Shown: one piece after another, positions 1 through 10,733 of the stretch
Layout of the letters: each line of letters opens with the position of its first letter
Numbering within the stretch: the stretch's first letter is position 1
From: an uncultured Ignavibacteriales bacterium
Lineage (GTDB): Bacteria; Zixibacteria; MSB-5A5; GN15; JAAZOE01
Reading direction: 5' to 3'
Length of the DNA stretch: 33,330 nt
Assembly: GCA_964611355.1 (NCBI GenBank)
Contig: CAZSYD010000026.1
Location: 1-33,330 of the forward strand
Notes under the pieces: generated by a model
The model's input: the letters and a program-made list of their open reading frames with translations, nothing else
Told to the model about the DNA's origin: nothing
Database searches by the model: none
Translations under genes and position numbers: made by a program

Positions 1-24
1 AATACATTCTTCCTGCTGTTTCAT
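1..24 (-). CDS. 5' end of a gene running off the window (MKQQEECI...)
   Basis: Minus strand reads GGAG-acagatt-ATG at 24 (SD plus start), open to the window edge; only 8 codons visible. Confidence 0.5.
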
Positions 25-332
25 AATCTGTCTCCGTTAATGAATACGTTTTCCAGAGGAGGATTTTTGGCTGCTCAAAAATCAGTTTCCAAATTATTAT
101 CAGGCCTGCCGCCTTTCGTAATCACCACAGGATATGTAGCGCATACTTTTAAATATGACGAAACAAACCCATTTCCACGTAACCGGGAATTGACTCAAGT
201 TAAATGTTACCGTAGGGATATATTATCAGGCTGTCGGGAGATACGTTGCGTCATATTTGGTATTATCGAAAGGAGGCACGAATATGGGTGGAAATTCGAG
301 GCGGGATTATTTGGCCGCAATCCGGCAACGCG

Positions 333-1313
333 CTATACGGTTGGCACCGGAGGGCCCATTAACAGGGCAAACTGCTCCAGAAGCTCGCGATCATAAACGC
401 CCGGGGTTGCAAACATGATCCTGAGCGCCGGGAAAGTGTCCCGTTCACGCTGATAAGCCCGACGGGTGGTCATGGCGTCGAAGGAATCGGCAATACCAAC
501 AATCTTGCCGAAAATATGGATATCATCGCTTCCAATCCCGTAAGGATAGCCGGAGCCGTCTTCCCTTTCGTGGTGCTGAATAATCGGATAGTATGAATCG
601 ACATGGATCAGGTTGGTGCTTTTCATTATCTCTACCCCCCAATCGGGATGCTTCTTAATCAACTCCATTTCCAGCGGCGTCAGCTTGGCGCGTTTGTTGA
701 GTATCCGTTCGGATATTCTGGTCTTGCCGACATCATGCAGAAGAGCGCCGGTGCCGAGGTTATTCAGAAATTCCTCGTCGGTGTAACCCAGTTGTTGGGC
801 AAAGGCAATCGAAAAAGTGCAGACGTTGACCGAATGAGTGTAAGTATAATAGTCAAACGACATAACATTGAGGAGATTGTGAAAAGCTTCCCGCCCGTTG
901 AGGATATAGGTAACCGACGTCTCGACCATCGACTGGCTGCGCCGGACGTTTTCGCTCAGGGTCGGATTAGCAAGGACATCCTTGACCAACAGCTTCGTGC
1001 TGTCATAGACTATGCCCGCCTTGGTTGGTTCGGGAATGTTGCCATCCCGCATAATCTGATCAATATTGGTCTCTACGTATCTTTGATATTTGCCTTTTTC
1101 GCCGCCAGGCACATACAGTCTGTTAACGTTGTTTTCAAGCAGGGTAGCACGGGTTTTTTCGGTGAAGGGAAGATCAGCCGCTCGGTAAAGGATCAGATCG
1201 TTGCCGATCTCGATATAGAGATCGAAATCGACAATACTGTCGAGCCGAAGAGCCTCCAAATAGATCGGCAGGAATTTCCCGGCAAATACTTCTGTTCTGT
1301 TTATCAAAGCCAT
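333..1313 (-). CDS. HD-GYP domain c-di-GMP phosphodiesterase
   Basis: Motifs YTYTHSVNV, LLHDVGK, KHP, HHEREDGSGYPYG, ADSFDAMTTRRAY; about 100-aa N-terminal extension. Confidence 0.9.
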   Translation of the reverse strand: MALINRTEVFAGKFLPIYLEALRLDSIVDFDLYIEIGNDLILYRAADLPFTEKTRATLLENNVNRLYVPGGEKGKYQRYVETNIDQIMRDGNIPEPTKAGIVYDSTKLLVKDVLANPTLSENVRRSQSMVETSVTYILNGREAFHNLLNVMSFDYYTYTHSVNVCTFSIAFAQQLGYTDEEFLNNLGTGALLHDVGKTRISERILNKRAKLTPLEMELIKKHPDWGVEIMKSTNLIHVDSYYPIIQHHEREDGSGYPYGIGSDDIHIFGKIVGIADSFDAMTTRRAYQRERDTFPALRIMFATPGVYDRELLEQFALLMGPPVPTV

Positions 1314-1340
1314 AATCTAACAGGTGTCCCGGTATCATAT

Positions 1341-1368
1341 TTATCGGTCGATTTCGGGATCGGGTTGA
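1341..1368 (-). promoter_or_regulatory. Possible sigma28 (FliA/SigD)-type promoter of the HD-GYP gene
   Basis: Minus strand TCAA-N16-ACCGATAA versus consensus TAAA-N15/16-GCCGATAA, about 28 nt upstream of the ATG. Confidence 0.4.
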
Positions 1369-1408
1369 TAAAAAAACCTGCCCAGGAGGAAAAGGCAGGT
1401 TTTTTTAT
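1368..1408. terminator. Rho-independent terminator (bidirectional type) after the 206-aa gene
   Basis: ATAAAAAAACCTGCC-11 nt-GGCAGGTTTTTTTAT perfect inverted repeat including A/T tracts. Confidence 0.85.
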
Positions 1409-1441
1409 AAAGAGAGCAAAAATCCAAGGTGTCAGGTGATA

Positions 1442-2062
1442 TTATATTCCGTAGTTTTTAACCATCATCAAGACCGACTGCAATGAGCCGGTGATGTTTT
1501 GAAGCGCCCGCGAATACCGCTTGAGAAGCTCGCTATACTGCCAGCGCACCTTGAACGCTTCGGGAGGAAACTCAAACAGGTCCAAAAGCGTTTTTTTGTA
1601 TATTTCATCCAGGTAGCGAATGACATAATAGGTGTTTTTTGGAAGGTTTTCTTCGGAGACATTGCCCTTGCCCAGCCGGTCGCGATAAGCTTCCACCTTC
1701 TCCAGCATAACGGTGCCGAAACACCAAGGGGTCATAATTATGCCGAAGTTGGAGCCGTCGGTATAATAAGAGCGGATAGTCTTGGCGATCAGCCCCAGAA
1801 TAATCTTATAGGCGGTATAATAAGCCTGCGTTTCGCTCCATTCAGTACCGAGGCTGTTCAGTTCCCGATCAACCCGCTTAAGCTCCCTCAGGCACTTTTC
1901 GAAACCCCTTTCAAGAAAGCGATAATAGTCATCGAAATAGACTTTCACGTTCTCCGATATAGTCATAATGTAAAGGCCGTTTTCGTCGTATTTGACCTTC
2001 GGCTCAGGCGTGCTTTTGAGCTTTTCTTCGGTGAATCCTCGCTTGTATTTATCCGCCAGCAT
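1442..2062 (-). CDS. Hypothetical protein (206 aa, likely helical and cytoplasmic)
   Basis: ORF with AAGGAG SD, upstream sigma54 motif and downstream terminator; no family recognised. Confidence 0.8.
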   Translation of the reverse strand: MLADKYKRGFTEEKLKSTPEPKVKYDENGLYIMTISENVKVYFDDYYRFLERGFEKCLRELKRVDRELNSLGTEWSETQAYYTAYKIILGLIAKTIRSYYTDGSNFGIIMTPWCFGTVMLEKVEAYRDRLGKGNVSEENLPKNTYYVIRYLDEIYKKTLLDLFEFPPEAFKVRWQYSELLKRYSRALQNITGSLQSVLMMVKNYGI

Positions 2063-2101
2063 TATCTCTCCTTATAAGAAATCCTTTCATCGAGGGATAA
2101 A

Positions 2102-2117
2102 TGCAAACCTTATGCCC
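2102..2117 (-). promoter_or_regulatory. sigma54 (-24/-12) promoter
   Basis: Minus strand GGGCATAAGGTTTGCA = GG-N10-GC with GGCA and TTGCA, about 40 nt upstream of ATG 2062. Confidence 0.65.
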
Positions 2118-2331
2118 TGCTGCGACACTGCCTTCGCACCAATTTGCGGGGGCCGATAAATCCGCTGCAATACAGTTAACTTATTAGGTGGAATAAAGTT
2201 ATAAGATATAAAGACGCATGATATATATAATCCTGTTTTGTGCAACGTCTTTCAAAGTATGCAAGGAATCAGCATAATTGCAGGTTTTCTCAGGCAAAAC
2301 ATTATTTTTAGCCACGGCCGCTCTCGAGGAA

Positions 2332-2435
2332 GTCATTACAAGGAGTTCGACGGCGGCGAACGACCCGGCAATCTCTTGTGGTAGGGTAGTTACAAAATTG
2401 AGATCGCCACGGTCGCCGGGGCGACCTCGCGGTCA
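2332..2435. repeat. Degenerate REP/palindromic element (GTCATT...GCAATCTC...GAGATCGCC...CTCGC)
   Basis: GGCAATCTC (2367-2375) pairs with GAGATCGCC (2400-2408); hairpins GTTCG/CGAAC (2345-2361) and GGTCGCC/GGCGACC (2411-2426). Confidence 0.55.
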
Positions 2436-2675
2436 GGGCGGGAGGAAATAAAGCTGATACCCAAGCGGTTTCATATCCGGTTCCGCTGATTTTATTTATT
2501 CATGCGGTGACAAAACAAGCAGCCGAATAGGATTTTGAGTTCCTTCATCTCAGCCGGACTTGGATACTCGGCCATTTCTTCCATGTCGATGAATCGGCAT
2601 CGTGGAGCCTCAAGCACAAAACCGGGTTCTTGTTGTTCCTGCTTGAAATCACAATTCACCCTTTGGCGTATTAGC

Positions 2676-2704
2676 TTGACTTTCGTGTTGCTACCGGCTT
2701 TAAT
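2676..2704 (+). promoter_or_regulatory. sigma70-type promoter, probably leaderless transcript
   Basis: TTGACT-N17-TTTAAT-6 nt-ATG(2711); no SD. Confidence 0.6.
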
Positions 2705-2710
2705 AACAGA

Positions 2711-4531
2711 ATGAAAACATTAGTATCGAGAAGCCCTCATCTGTTTCATATTCCCGTTATGGGCACCGGGTTTACTATTGATACGCCATTACAGGTTGCA
2801 AAATACGGTATTTCGTCGGTGATCTCGCTCGGCGATGATATCCTTATAGAGCAAATGCGAAAATATCACAGTAGAAAGCACGGCAAGCGGTATCAAGAGA
2901 TATGTAACGGGGATGAAGATGCCAGGGCCAATCGAATCACAGCATATCTGGACCTCCTAAACGATCTTATCCGTGATCAGGTTAAAGAGTTGCAATCCTC
3001 GCCATTTGAGCCGGGAAGTGAGATTACACGCTACTTTGAAATGTTACCCGACTCGCCGCTTAAACAATCCTATCTGGAAATGTTAGCAACATCCGAACCG
3101 ACTGAAAAGACGAGGATGCAGGTTGCTCTCCGCCGCCGCGCGGTTCCGGGCAGCATCGACGTGAACATCATGGCCAGCTTGAACCGCGATCTCTACCGCA
3201 ACGGGAACAAACTCCCGGAGGAGTTTGCTCTCGCTATGGCTGGTCTGCGGGGTTACGCCAAAAGCACGTTGCGATCATCAATTATTTTTTCCGCGGGCAT
3301 GAACCGGGGCCTTTTTGGTTATATGGTCAAGTTTGCCGATTTTTTTCCAGACGACAAAGGCATACTTAAGAAGAAAATCACTCTCAAGGTGAGCGATTTC
3401 CGCTCGGCCATGATTCAGGGCAAATTGCTGGCAAAAAGAGGACTGTGGATCTCAGAATACAGGATCGAGTCAGGGCTCAATTGCGGCGGTCACGCCTTTG
3501 CTACCAAAGGATACTTGATGGGTCCCATCCTGGAAGATTTCAGAAGCAGGAAGGTGGAATTGATCGGTCATCTTTACGAAGTATACAGCAGGGCGCTTGC
3601 TGCCATGGAACGCACCCCGGTTCAATCACCGCATGAAGTACGCATCACTGTACAAGGTGGCATAGGGATCGCCGATGAAAACAGGTTCCTCCTGGAGTAC
3701 TATGGCGTTGACGGCACGGGCTGGGCAACGCCCTTCCTGCTGGTTCCCGAAGTAACGAATATAGACGACGTTCACTTGAAGAAGCTGTCAGCAGCCGCTG
3801 AAAGTGAAGTATATTTGAGTGACTGCTCGCCTCTCGGTATCCCTTTCTGGAGCTTACGTAACTCAGCCAGTGAAGAAACCCGCCGCCGATTGATCAGTGC
3901 AAATAAGCCCGGCAGTTCATGTCCGAAAGGCTATCTTGTATCCGATACCGAATTTACACGGATTCCGATCTGTCGCGCTTCGCGAATTTATCAAAAGCAG
4001 AAGCTGGAGCAGCTTTCGGATAGTGATATTCCTTTGGAACGGCTTTCCGCCATGAAGGAAAACATTGTCGCCAAATCCTGTCTCTGCCGTGACCTCGCCG
4101 GTAACGTTACCTTAAAACATGGCATAGATCCAGATGCGAAGCCGGCGGTTTGTTGTGGTCCAAACATTGTAAACTTCTCCAAAGTCACTTCTCTGGAGGA
4201 AATGATCGGTCACATCTATGGACGTCTGTCTCTCCTGATCAACTCCAACCGACCGCATATGTTCATACGCGAACTCATGCTTTATGTTGACTACCTCCGC
4301 CGGGAACTTCAGAAGGTGTCGGAAGGATTGCTGGACAGGACAACCAAGTGGTTCCTTGACTTCAAGCAAAACCTGATCACCGGTATCGAATATTACCGTC
4401 AACTTGCCGAGCAATTCAGCCGAGAGCAAAAGGAAGGTTTTCTGCGAGACCTCGATACTCTGCGCAATGAGATAGATAACATTATTCTCCCTGGAACGGG
4501 CACTGCAATATCCGTCGAAAATACCGGATAG
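2711..4531 (+). CDS. Conserved hypothetical protein, possible FMN-binding TIM-barrel/Fe-S oxidoreductase
   Basis: 606-aa ORF; motifs FHIPVMG, ESGLNCGGHAF, VQGGI, GWATPFL; C-terminal Cys cluster (CPKG, ICRAS, CLC, CCGPN). Function is inference. Confidence 0.75.
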   Translation: MKTLVSRSPHLFHIPVMGTGFTIDTPLQVAKYGISSVISLGDDILIEQMRKYHSRKHGKRYQEICNGDEDARANRITAYLDLLNDLIRDQVKELQSSPFEPGSEITRYFEMLPDSPLKQSYLEMLATSEPTEKTRMQVALRRRAVPGSIDVNIMASLNRDLYRNGNKLPEEFALAMAGLRGYAKSTLRSSIIFSAGMNRGLFGYMVKFADFFPDDKGILKKKITLKVSDFRSAMIQGKLLAKRGLWISEYRIESGLNCGGHAFATKGYLMGPILEDFRSRKVELIGHLYEVYSRALAAMERTPVQSPHEVRITVQGGIGIADENRFLLEYYGVDGTGWATPFLLVPEVTNIDDVHLKKLSAAAESEVYLSDCSPLGIPFWSLRNSASEETRRRLISANKPGSSCPKGYLVSDTEFTRIPICRASRIYQKQKLEQLSDSDIPLERLSAMKENIVAKSCLCRDLAGNVTLKHGIDPDAKPAVCCGPNIVNFSKVTSLEEMIGHIYGRLSLLINSNRPHMFIRELMLYVDYLRRELQKVSEGLLDRTTKWFLDFKQNLITGIEYYRQLAEQFSREQKEGFLRDLDTLRNEIDNIILPGTGTAISVENTG

Positions 4532-4838
4532 AATTACCTCCGTACATGATTTCGCCGATCGCTACTTCTGTCCCCGACCCCGGGTTTTCGGACGTTGCAG
4601 ATTATTGGAGTTATTCGACAATATACGGCAGGATTTGGGGGGAATCGTCGAAAATACTGAGCAAAGCGAAGTAAACCCATACTTGCATTGTCAGATAAGG
4701 ATTTACACCGGAGCGTAACCAAATTGCAGCCATGCCGGTGGTCACCGACACTTTTCGTATATGGGAAGTCGGGGAATAATGTCTTTTTTGCTTGCCATAA
4801 AATATTCAAAAAAAGATATTCCGTGCCAATAAAAAATC

Positions 4839-4867
4839 TTGACACTTATTATGGAGAATAATAGCTT
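4839..4867 (+). promoter_or_regulatory. sigma70-type promoter for the OMP gene (long leader)
   Basis: TTGACA-N17-TAGCTT preceded by an A-tract. Confidence 0.55.
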
Positions 4868-5145
4868 GCATTAAGTCTGGCACAGGTCGATAGTGTCAGG
4901 CATGCCTTTTGGGAGAGGTAACTTCCCGGGGATGGAAACGGACAGGATTTGAGATATCAGAGAGACCTTAAGAAAGAAACAGAACAGGTTTTTTGAACAA
5001 AACCGGCGGAGGCGTCGTATAACAGATCAACCTTGTCGGAGATATGACTATTAGCCAAAGCCAAAAGATGTTCGAATAAATACCAAAACTTTTTGGAAAC
5101 ACAAACCAGGCGAAAATGTAATTCGCGAACAAGGAGGTAATGAGA

Positions 5146-5826
5146 ATGAAAAAGACATTTATCACAGTGATGGCCTTGGCGGCTTTTGCAATGTTGCTGG
5201 TCGTCCCTGCCCAGGCTCAGATGAAAACCGAGCTCGGTTTCAAGGGCGCCGTGAATATGGCAAACCTGAGCGGCGACGTTACAGACAGCAAAATGATGCT
5301 CGCCTTCGGCGGCGGCGTCTTTGCCAGGATTATGCCGAGCCCTCAATTCTGCATTCAGCCGGAAGTCCTGTATATGATGAAGGGCTGCAAGTTCGACGAT
5401 ATCGGCACTACCACCGACGCCAAAATAACATTGAACTACATTGAAGTACCGGTCCTGGTAAAGTATATGATCCCGACCGAAGGAAATATCTCACCAAGCA
5501 TCTTTGCCGGACCCGCCGTTGGCTTCCTTATGAGTGCAAAGGCAAAGGCTACTGAAGACGGAACTGAAGGAGATATGGACATTAAGGATTATCTCAAGAG
5601 CATCGACTTTGGCGTAGCCTTTGGGGCCGGTGTAGATTTCGCCGTCGGCGAGAAAGGCAAGATTACTTTTGACGCACGTTATACTCTGGGTCTTACCAAT
5701 GGAAACGATGTCAGCGCGGCCGACGCTGCTGCCGCTGGTATGGACGTCGATGACAGCTTCAAGAACGGTGTTATCTCCGTTATGGTCGGCTACGCCTTCC
5801 CGATAGGCCAGTCAGAAGGTATATAA
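5146..5826 (+). CDS. Outer-membrane beta-barrel (PorT/porin-family) protein
   Basis: Signal peptide ending AQA; GFKGAVN, IQPEVLY..KG, LNYIEVPVL, FAGP, DFG..FGAG, DARYTLGL. Start moved to 5146 for SD (AAGGAGG) spacing. Confidence 0.85.
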   Translation: MKKTFITVMALAAFAMLLVVPAQAQMKTELGFKGAVNMANLSGDVTDSKMMLAFGGGVFARIMPSPQFCIQPEVLYMMKGCKFDDIGTTTDAKITLNYIEVPVLVKYMIPTEGNISPSIFAGPAVGFLMSAKAKATEDGTEGDMDIKDYLKSIDFGVAFGAGVDFAVGEKGKITFDARYTLGLTNGNDVSAADAAAAGMDVDDSFKNGVISVMVGYAFPIGQSEGI

Positions 5827-5879
5827 ACAGGGCTGTTGAATTCGCACAAAGCAAATTCAACAAAATCGAATTTAATTTA

Positions 5880-5917
5880 GGCGGTCCTCTTGTTCGAGAG
5901 GGCCGTTTAATTTTATT
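5880..5917 (+). terminator. Probable terminator of the OMP gene
   Basis: GGCGGTCCTCT-tgttcg-AGAGGGCCGTT followed by TAATTTTATT. Confidence 0.65.
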
Positions 5918-6081
5918 AACAAATGACAAGAGGTCATCAATACTGATCTTGGATTTTTGTGGGCGCTTGGAAAAGAAATTGACCGTTGCATCAGGGCCTG
6001 ATCGTCGCTTATCGTGAGCATGATATGGCGCGTCGGCTATTATCGTCAAGCCATATACATAAAGGCGCGGGACGCATCAAC

Positions 6082-6114
6082 AAAAAGAGAGGAATGGAAA
6101 AGCATCCCTCTCTT
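6082..6114 (-). terminator. groEL terminator
   Basis: Minus strand AAGAGAGGGATG-cttttc-CATTCCTCTCTTTTT. Confidence 0.75.
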
Positions 6115-6143
6115 ATCAAACAGTGAAACCAGCCGCGACCGGC

Positions 6144-7805
<1,662 letters not shown>

Positions 7806-8093
7806 TTAATCGACGATCGCCAGAACGTCTGATTCACGCATGATGAGCAGGTCCTCGCCGTCGACTGAGATTTCCGTTCCGGAGTATTTGCCATAAAGGA
7901 TCTTGTCACCCTTTTTGACCGACATCGGGATAAGCTTTCCCTCTTCGGTCTGGTGGCCTTTTCCGACTTCCATGATTTTGCCCTGCATGGGTTTTTCCTT
8001 GGCGGTATCAGGAATGATGATTCCGCCCTTTTTGGTTTCTTCAGGCTCGGTCGGTTTAACCAGTACCCGATCAGCCAGAGGTCTGATTGCCAT
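7806..8093 (-). CDS. groS: Co-chaperonin GroES
   Basis: [46 protein letters not shown]. Confidence 0.99.
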   Translation of the reverse strand: MAIRPLADRVLVKPTEPEETKKGGIIIPDTAKEKPMQGKIMEVGKGHQTEEGKLIPMSVKKGDKILYGKYSGTEISVDGEDLLIMRESDVLAIVD

Positions 8094-8169
8094 ATCTCAA
8101 TCCTCCATCATTTGACTATTGTTTTCACCATGTTTTAGACCAAATTCCCTAAATGTCTAAATCGTCTTG

Positions 8170-8196
8170 TTAGCACTCTCGGCTTTTGAGTGCTAA
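8170..8196. promoter_or_regulatory. CIRCE element (HrcA operator)
   Basis: Exact TTAGCACTC-N9-GAGTGCTAA upstream of groES. Confidence 0.97.
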
Positions 8197-8205
8197 TTGT
8201 CAGGC

Positions 8206-8233
8206 AATAAAACGATTTCCGCTTTCGTGTCAA
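8206..8233 (-). promoter_or_regulatory. groESL sigma70-type promoter
   Basis: Minus strand TTGACA-N16-TTTATT just upstream of CIRCE. Confidence 0.6.
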
Positions 8234-8301
8234 GACATATTTGATAATTATATAAAAAAGCCTGACAGGCTCCATTGGCAGGCAAGGGGTTGCCGGGGAT
8301 T

Positions 8302-9072
8302 TTAGCCGGAATTGTAATCGGTGATTATCTGGATTCCCTCCAGCGTCAGAGTCGGGATAACATCGGTTATATATTTTGAATCGGCGGCGTAAGTGTCAGC
8401 CTCGCCGCCGGTGGCCACGACGACAGGTTGAAACCCAAGGCTTTCGAATATTTTCTCCAGTATATTGTCTATCAACCCGATAGTGCCATAATAGAGGCCT
8501 GACTTGATCGCTTCGGCGGTTGTTTTTCCAATTACCCGATCAGGTTTTTCGCCCCTCACTTCAAACAGCCGCGCCGCCTTTTTGGACAGATTTTCTCCGG
8601 CTGTCTGCGGCCCGGGTGCGATAATTCCGCCCAGATAATCGCCGTTTTCGGAAACAACATCAAAGGTGATAGCTGTCCCCAGATCAACCACGATTAACGC
8701 CTTCTTATACCGGGCAAACCCGGCGGCGGTGTTGGCCAGTCGGTCGGCGCCGACTTCGGTCGGATCGATGTAGTCGATCCCGAACGGTAATCTGACTCTG
8801 GAACTGACAGTAAACGGCTCAACGCTGAAGTATTTTCCCGCCATCTTTTCATACACTCCGGTCAGGCGAGGTACTACCGAGCAGATAGAGACCCTTTTCA
8901 CCTGCGATAATTCGGCCTCGATATGATGGTTGAAGAGTGACGAGACAAAAAGACCCGCCTCGTCAACAGTCAGGTTCAGCGCCGAGGCAACCCGGAAATG
9001 AGAGATCAGTTTTTCGCCGTCGAATATCCCGACAACGGTGTTGGTGTTGCCGATATCGATTGCCAGAAGCAT
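8302..9072 (-). CDS. coaX: Type III pantothenate kinase
   Basis: LLAIDIGNTN, CSVVP, EVGADRLAN, VDLGTAITFD, GGIIAPG, ATGG, LTLEG. Confidence 0.96.
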   Translation of the reverse strand: MLLAIDIGNTNTVVGIFDGEKLISHFRVASALNLTVDEAGLFVSSLFNHHIEAELSQVKRVSICSVVPRLTGVYEKMAGKYFSVEPFTVSSRVRLPFGIDYIDPTEVGADRLANTAAGFARYKKALIVVDLGTAITFDVVSENGDYLGGIIAPGPQTAGENLSKKAARLFEVRGEKPDRVIGKTTAEAIKSGLYYGTIGLIDNILEKIFESLGFQPVVVATGGEADTYAADSKYITDVIPTLTLEGIQIITDYNSG

Positions 9073-9078
9073 GACCGG

Positions 9079-9107
9079 AATATAGGAGAAATTTTTCAGC
9101 CGGTCAA
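9079..9107 (-). promoter_or_regulatory. coaX promoter, probably leaderless
   Basis: Minus strand TTGACC-N17-TATATT-6 nt-ATG. Confidence 0.7.
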
Positions 9108-9121
9108 GCTCTGGAAAAGGT

Positions 9122-9149
9122 TTGACAGTTACGTCGTTTAGGTTATATT
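9122..9149 (+). promoter_or_regulatory. Divergent sigma70-type promoter of the lipoprotein gene
   Basis: TTGACA-N16-TATATT, then GAGG before ATG 9164. Confidence 0.6.
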
Positions 9150-9163
9150 TTTAATGAAGAGGT

Positions 9164-9727
9164 ATGGCTGATATGATTGGCAAAGTCTCAATTTTTATAT
9201 CTCTTGTTTTTATCGTGATCGGCTGTTCTGGCGATAAAAAGATAGTCGAACCCGAACCGATCAACCTGACCGGCACGTGGGAGGAGATGTATACGCTTAC
9301 ATATTTGTCGCCTGTTGTTATTCTTGAAGGCGAGCCCGTCGAATATGAAATCTCCCTGATTTCCCAAATAACGTTCTCCGAAGACAACTTTCATATCGCC
9401 GTTTGTGAAGAAGCCGATTGCGACGCCACCGGAACAAGTTATTATTCGGGCAAATATTCTGCCTCCGGCGATACGGTTTCGTTTATTGTCAGAAATGACG
9501 GGGATTCGTCACGTATCTATTATTATCGATTTTCTATATCCGCCAACACACTTGATCTCTGCGAGATACCCCTGGATATGGGGAACGGGATATCTGCCAT
9601 TTCAATAATCGGTATCCCCTGGCAGCATGGCGAGCTCTGGTTTTCGACCCCCAAAAGGTGCGGGACGTTCACCCGCATTTCGGAGCAGGCAGGATTTAAG
9701 TCGAGTCTTTTAAAGCTCTGTCATTAA
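9164..9727 (+). CDS. Putative lipoprotein (lipocalin-like beta domain)
   Basis: Hydrophobic stretch with lipobox VIGC; LTGTW motif; beta-rich sequence. Confidence 0.7.
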   Translation: MADMIGKVSIFISLVFIVIGCSGDKKIVEPEPINLTGTWEEMYTLTYLSPVVILEGEPVEYEISLISQITFSEDNFHIAVCEEADCDATGTSYYSGKYSASGDTVSFIVRNDGDSSRIYYYRFSISANTLDLCEIPLDMGNGISAISIIGIPWQHGELWFSTPKRCGTFTRISEQAGFKSSLLKLCH

Positions 9728-9860
9728 TACCCGGCGTATTACGCGAGATATTGTTTCCTCCGTCTATTAAATAAACCTCCGCCCGATTTTGTATATCTAA
9801 TCAGATGGAGGCTGAGGAGGGTATTGATGCCGGGAGAATCAGGCTTGTTTGATTGAAAAT

Positions 9861-9892
9861 GGGGATCGGCTGGCGGCCGGTCCCCCTTTTTT
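9861..9892. terminator. Terminator between convergent genes
   Basis: GGGGATCGGC-tggcg-GCCGGTCCCC followed by CTTTTTT. Confidence 0.75.
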
Positions 9893-9956
9893 AGTTTAGG
9901 TGGATGGTTGATGCGACTGACTATTATCGGACAACGCTTTTTTATATTTCAGACAA

Positions 9957-10652
9957 TCAGCGGCGGCGGCGAACAATGCCGATACCGGCCACACCGGCGC
10001 CAAAAAGCATCAGCGTCATCGGTTCAGGGATCGCCGGGTTTACGAGCGGGTCGGCGCTGATTTCAACCTCGATTCCGGAATCGCAGGTCCAGTAATAGTC
10101 GTTGGGGAAATTGTCCGGGAGCAGGCCTTTATCGATGGTGGTTGCCATTCCCAGCCAGGCGGTGCCGGTGGTGGGGCTGTTGAACTCATAGGCAAAATTG
10201 TAAGCGAGATTTTCCGGAAGCATATGGCCAAAATGCGCCTCCGCCCATTCCGCCCCGCTCAGGATGTCACCGTACGAGGCGATGCGTGTCCATGAGAGAT
10301 CCGGAAGCGGCTCCTCGCAGCAGGGTAATCTCAGATTTCTTACCGTTGCCGTCCATAGCCATCTGGTTCCCGGGTTGTTTTTGACATCGTTGATCGTCGG
10401 ATAATACGGGAGGTATTCGAAATCGAAGGTCAGCGCGCCGGCAAGGTTAAAACCGTGTCCGTAGAATTCGCTGCCAAACTGCGGGCCGAGCATTTGGCCG
10501 TACTGTTCGATTACGTATCCGTCACCGTTGTAGGCCAGGATGCCGCTGAAATCGGTACCTGTCAGTGAGAAAGCCATCAGATCGCCGGAGAGGAGCATCA
10601 TCGCAAGGCATAAGACGATGGCGAGAGACTCCTTCATTCCTTTTGACTTCAT
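9957..10652 (-). CDS. PEP-CTERM sorting-domain protein
   Basis: Signal peptide; C-terminal IPEPMTLMLFGAGVAGIGIVRRRR; AGGAGG SD. Confidence 0.93.
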   Translation of the reverse strand: MKSKGMKESLAIVLCLAMMLLSGDLMAFSLTGTDFSGILAYNGDGYVIEQYGQMLGPQFGSEFYGHGFNLAGALTFDFEYLPYYPTINDVKNNPGTRWLWTATVRNLRLPCCEEPLPDLSWTRIASYGDILSGAEWAEAHFGHMLPENLAYNFAYEFNSPTTGTAWLGMATTIDKGLLPDNFPNDYYWTCDSGIEVEISADPLVNPAIPEPMTLMLFGAGVAGIGIVRRRR

Positions 10653-10717
10653 TAAAGCCTCCTGGGAAAACGGTTAATAGCTGCACAATCAATAAATTCT
10701 TTTACTGCCGGCCTAAG

Positions 10718-10733
10718 TGCAAATAACAGACCA
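10718..10733 (-). promoter_or_regulatory. sigma54 promoter of the PEP-CTERM gene
   Basis: Minus strand TGGTCTGTTATTTGCA = TGG-N10-GCA; PEP-CTERM genes are commonly sigma54-controlled. Confidence 0.65.

Noticed and set aside
4534..4845. 103-aa minus-strand ORF in the intergenic region
   Set aside because: No SD, unusual composition, and it overlaps the OMP promoter.
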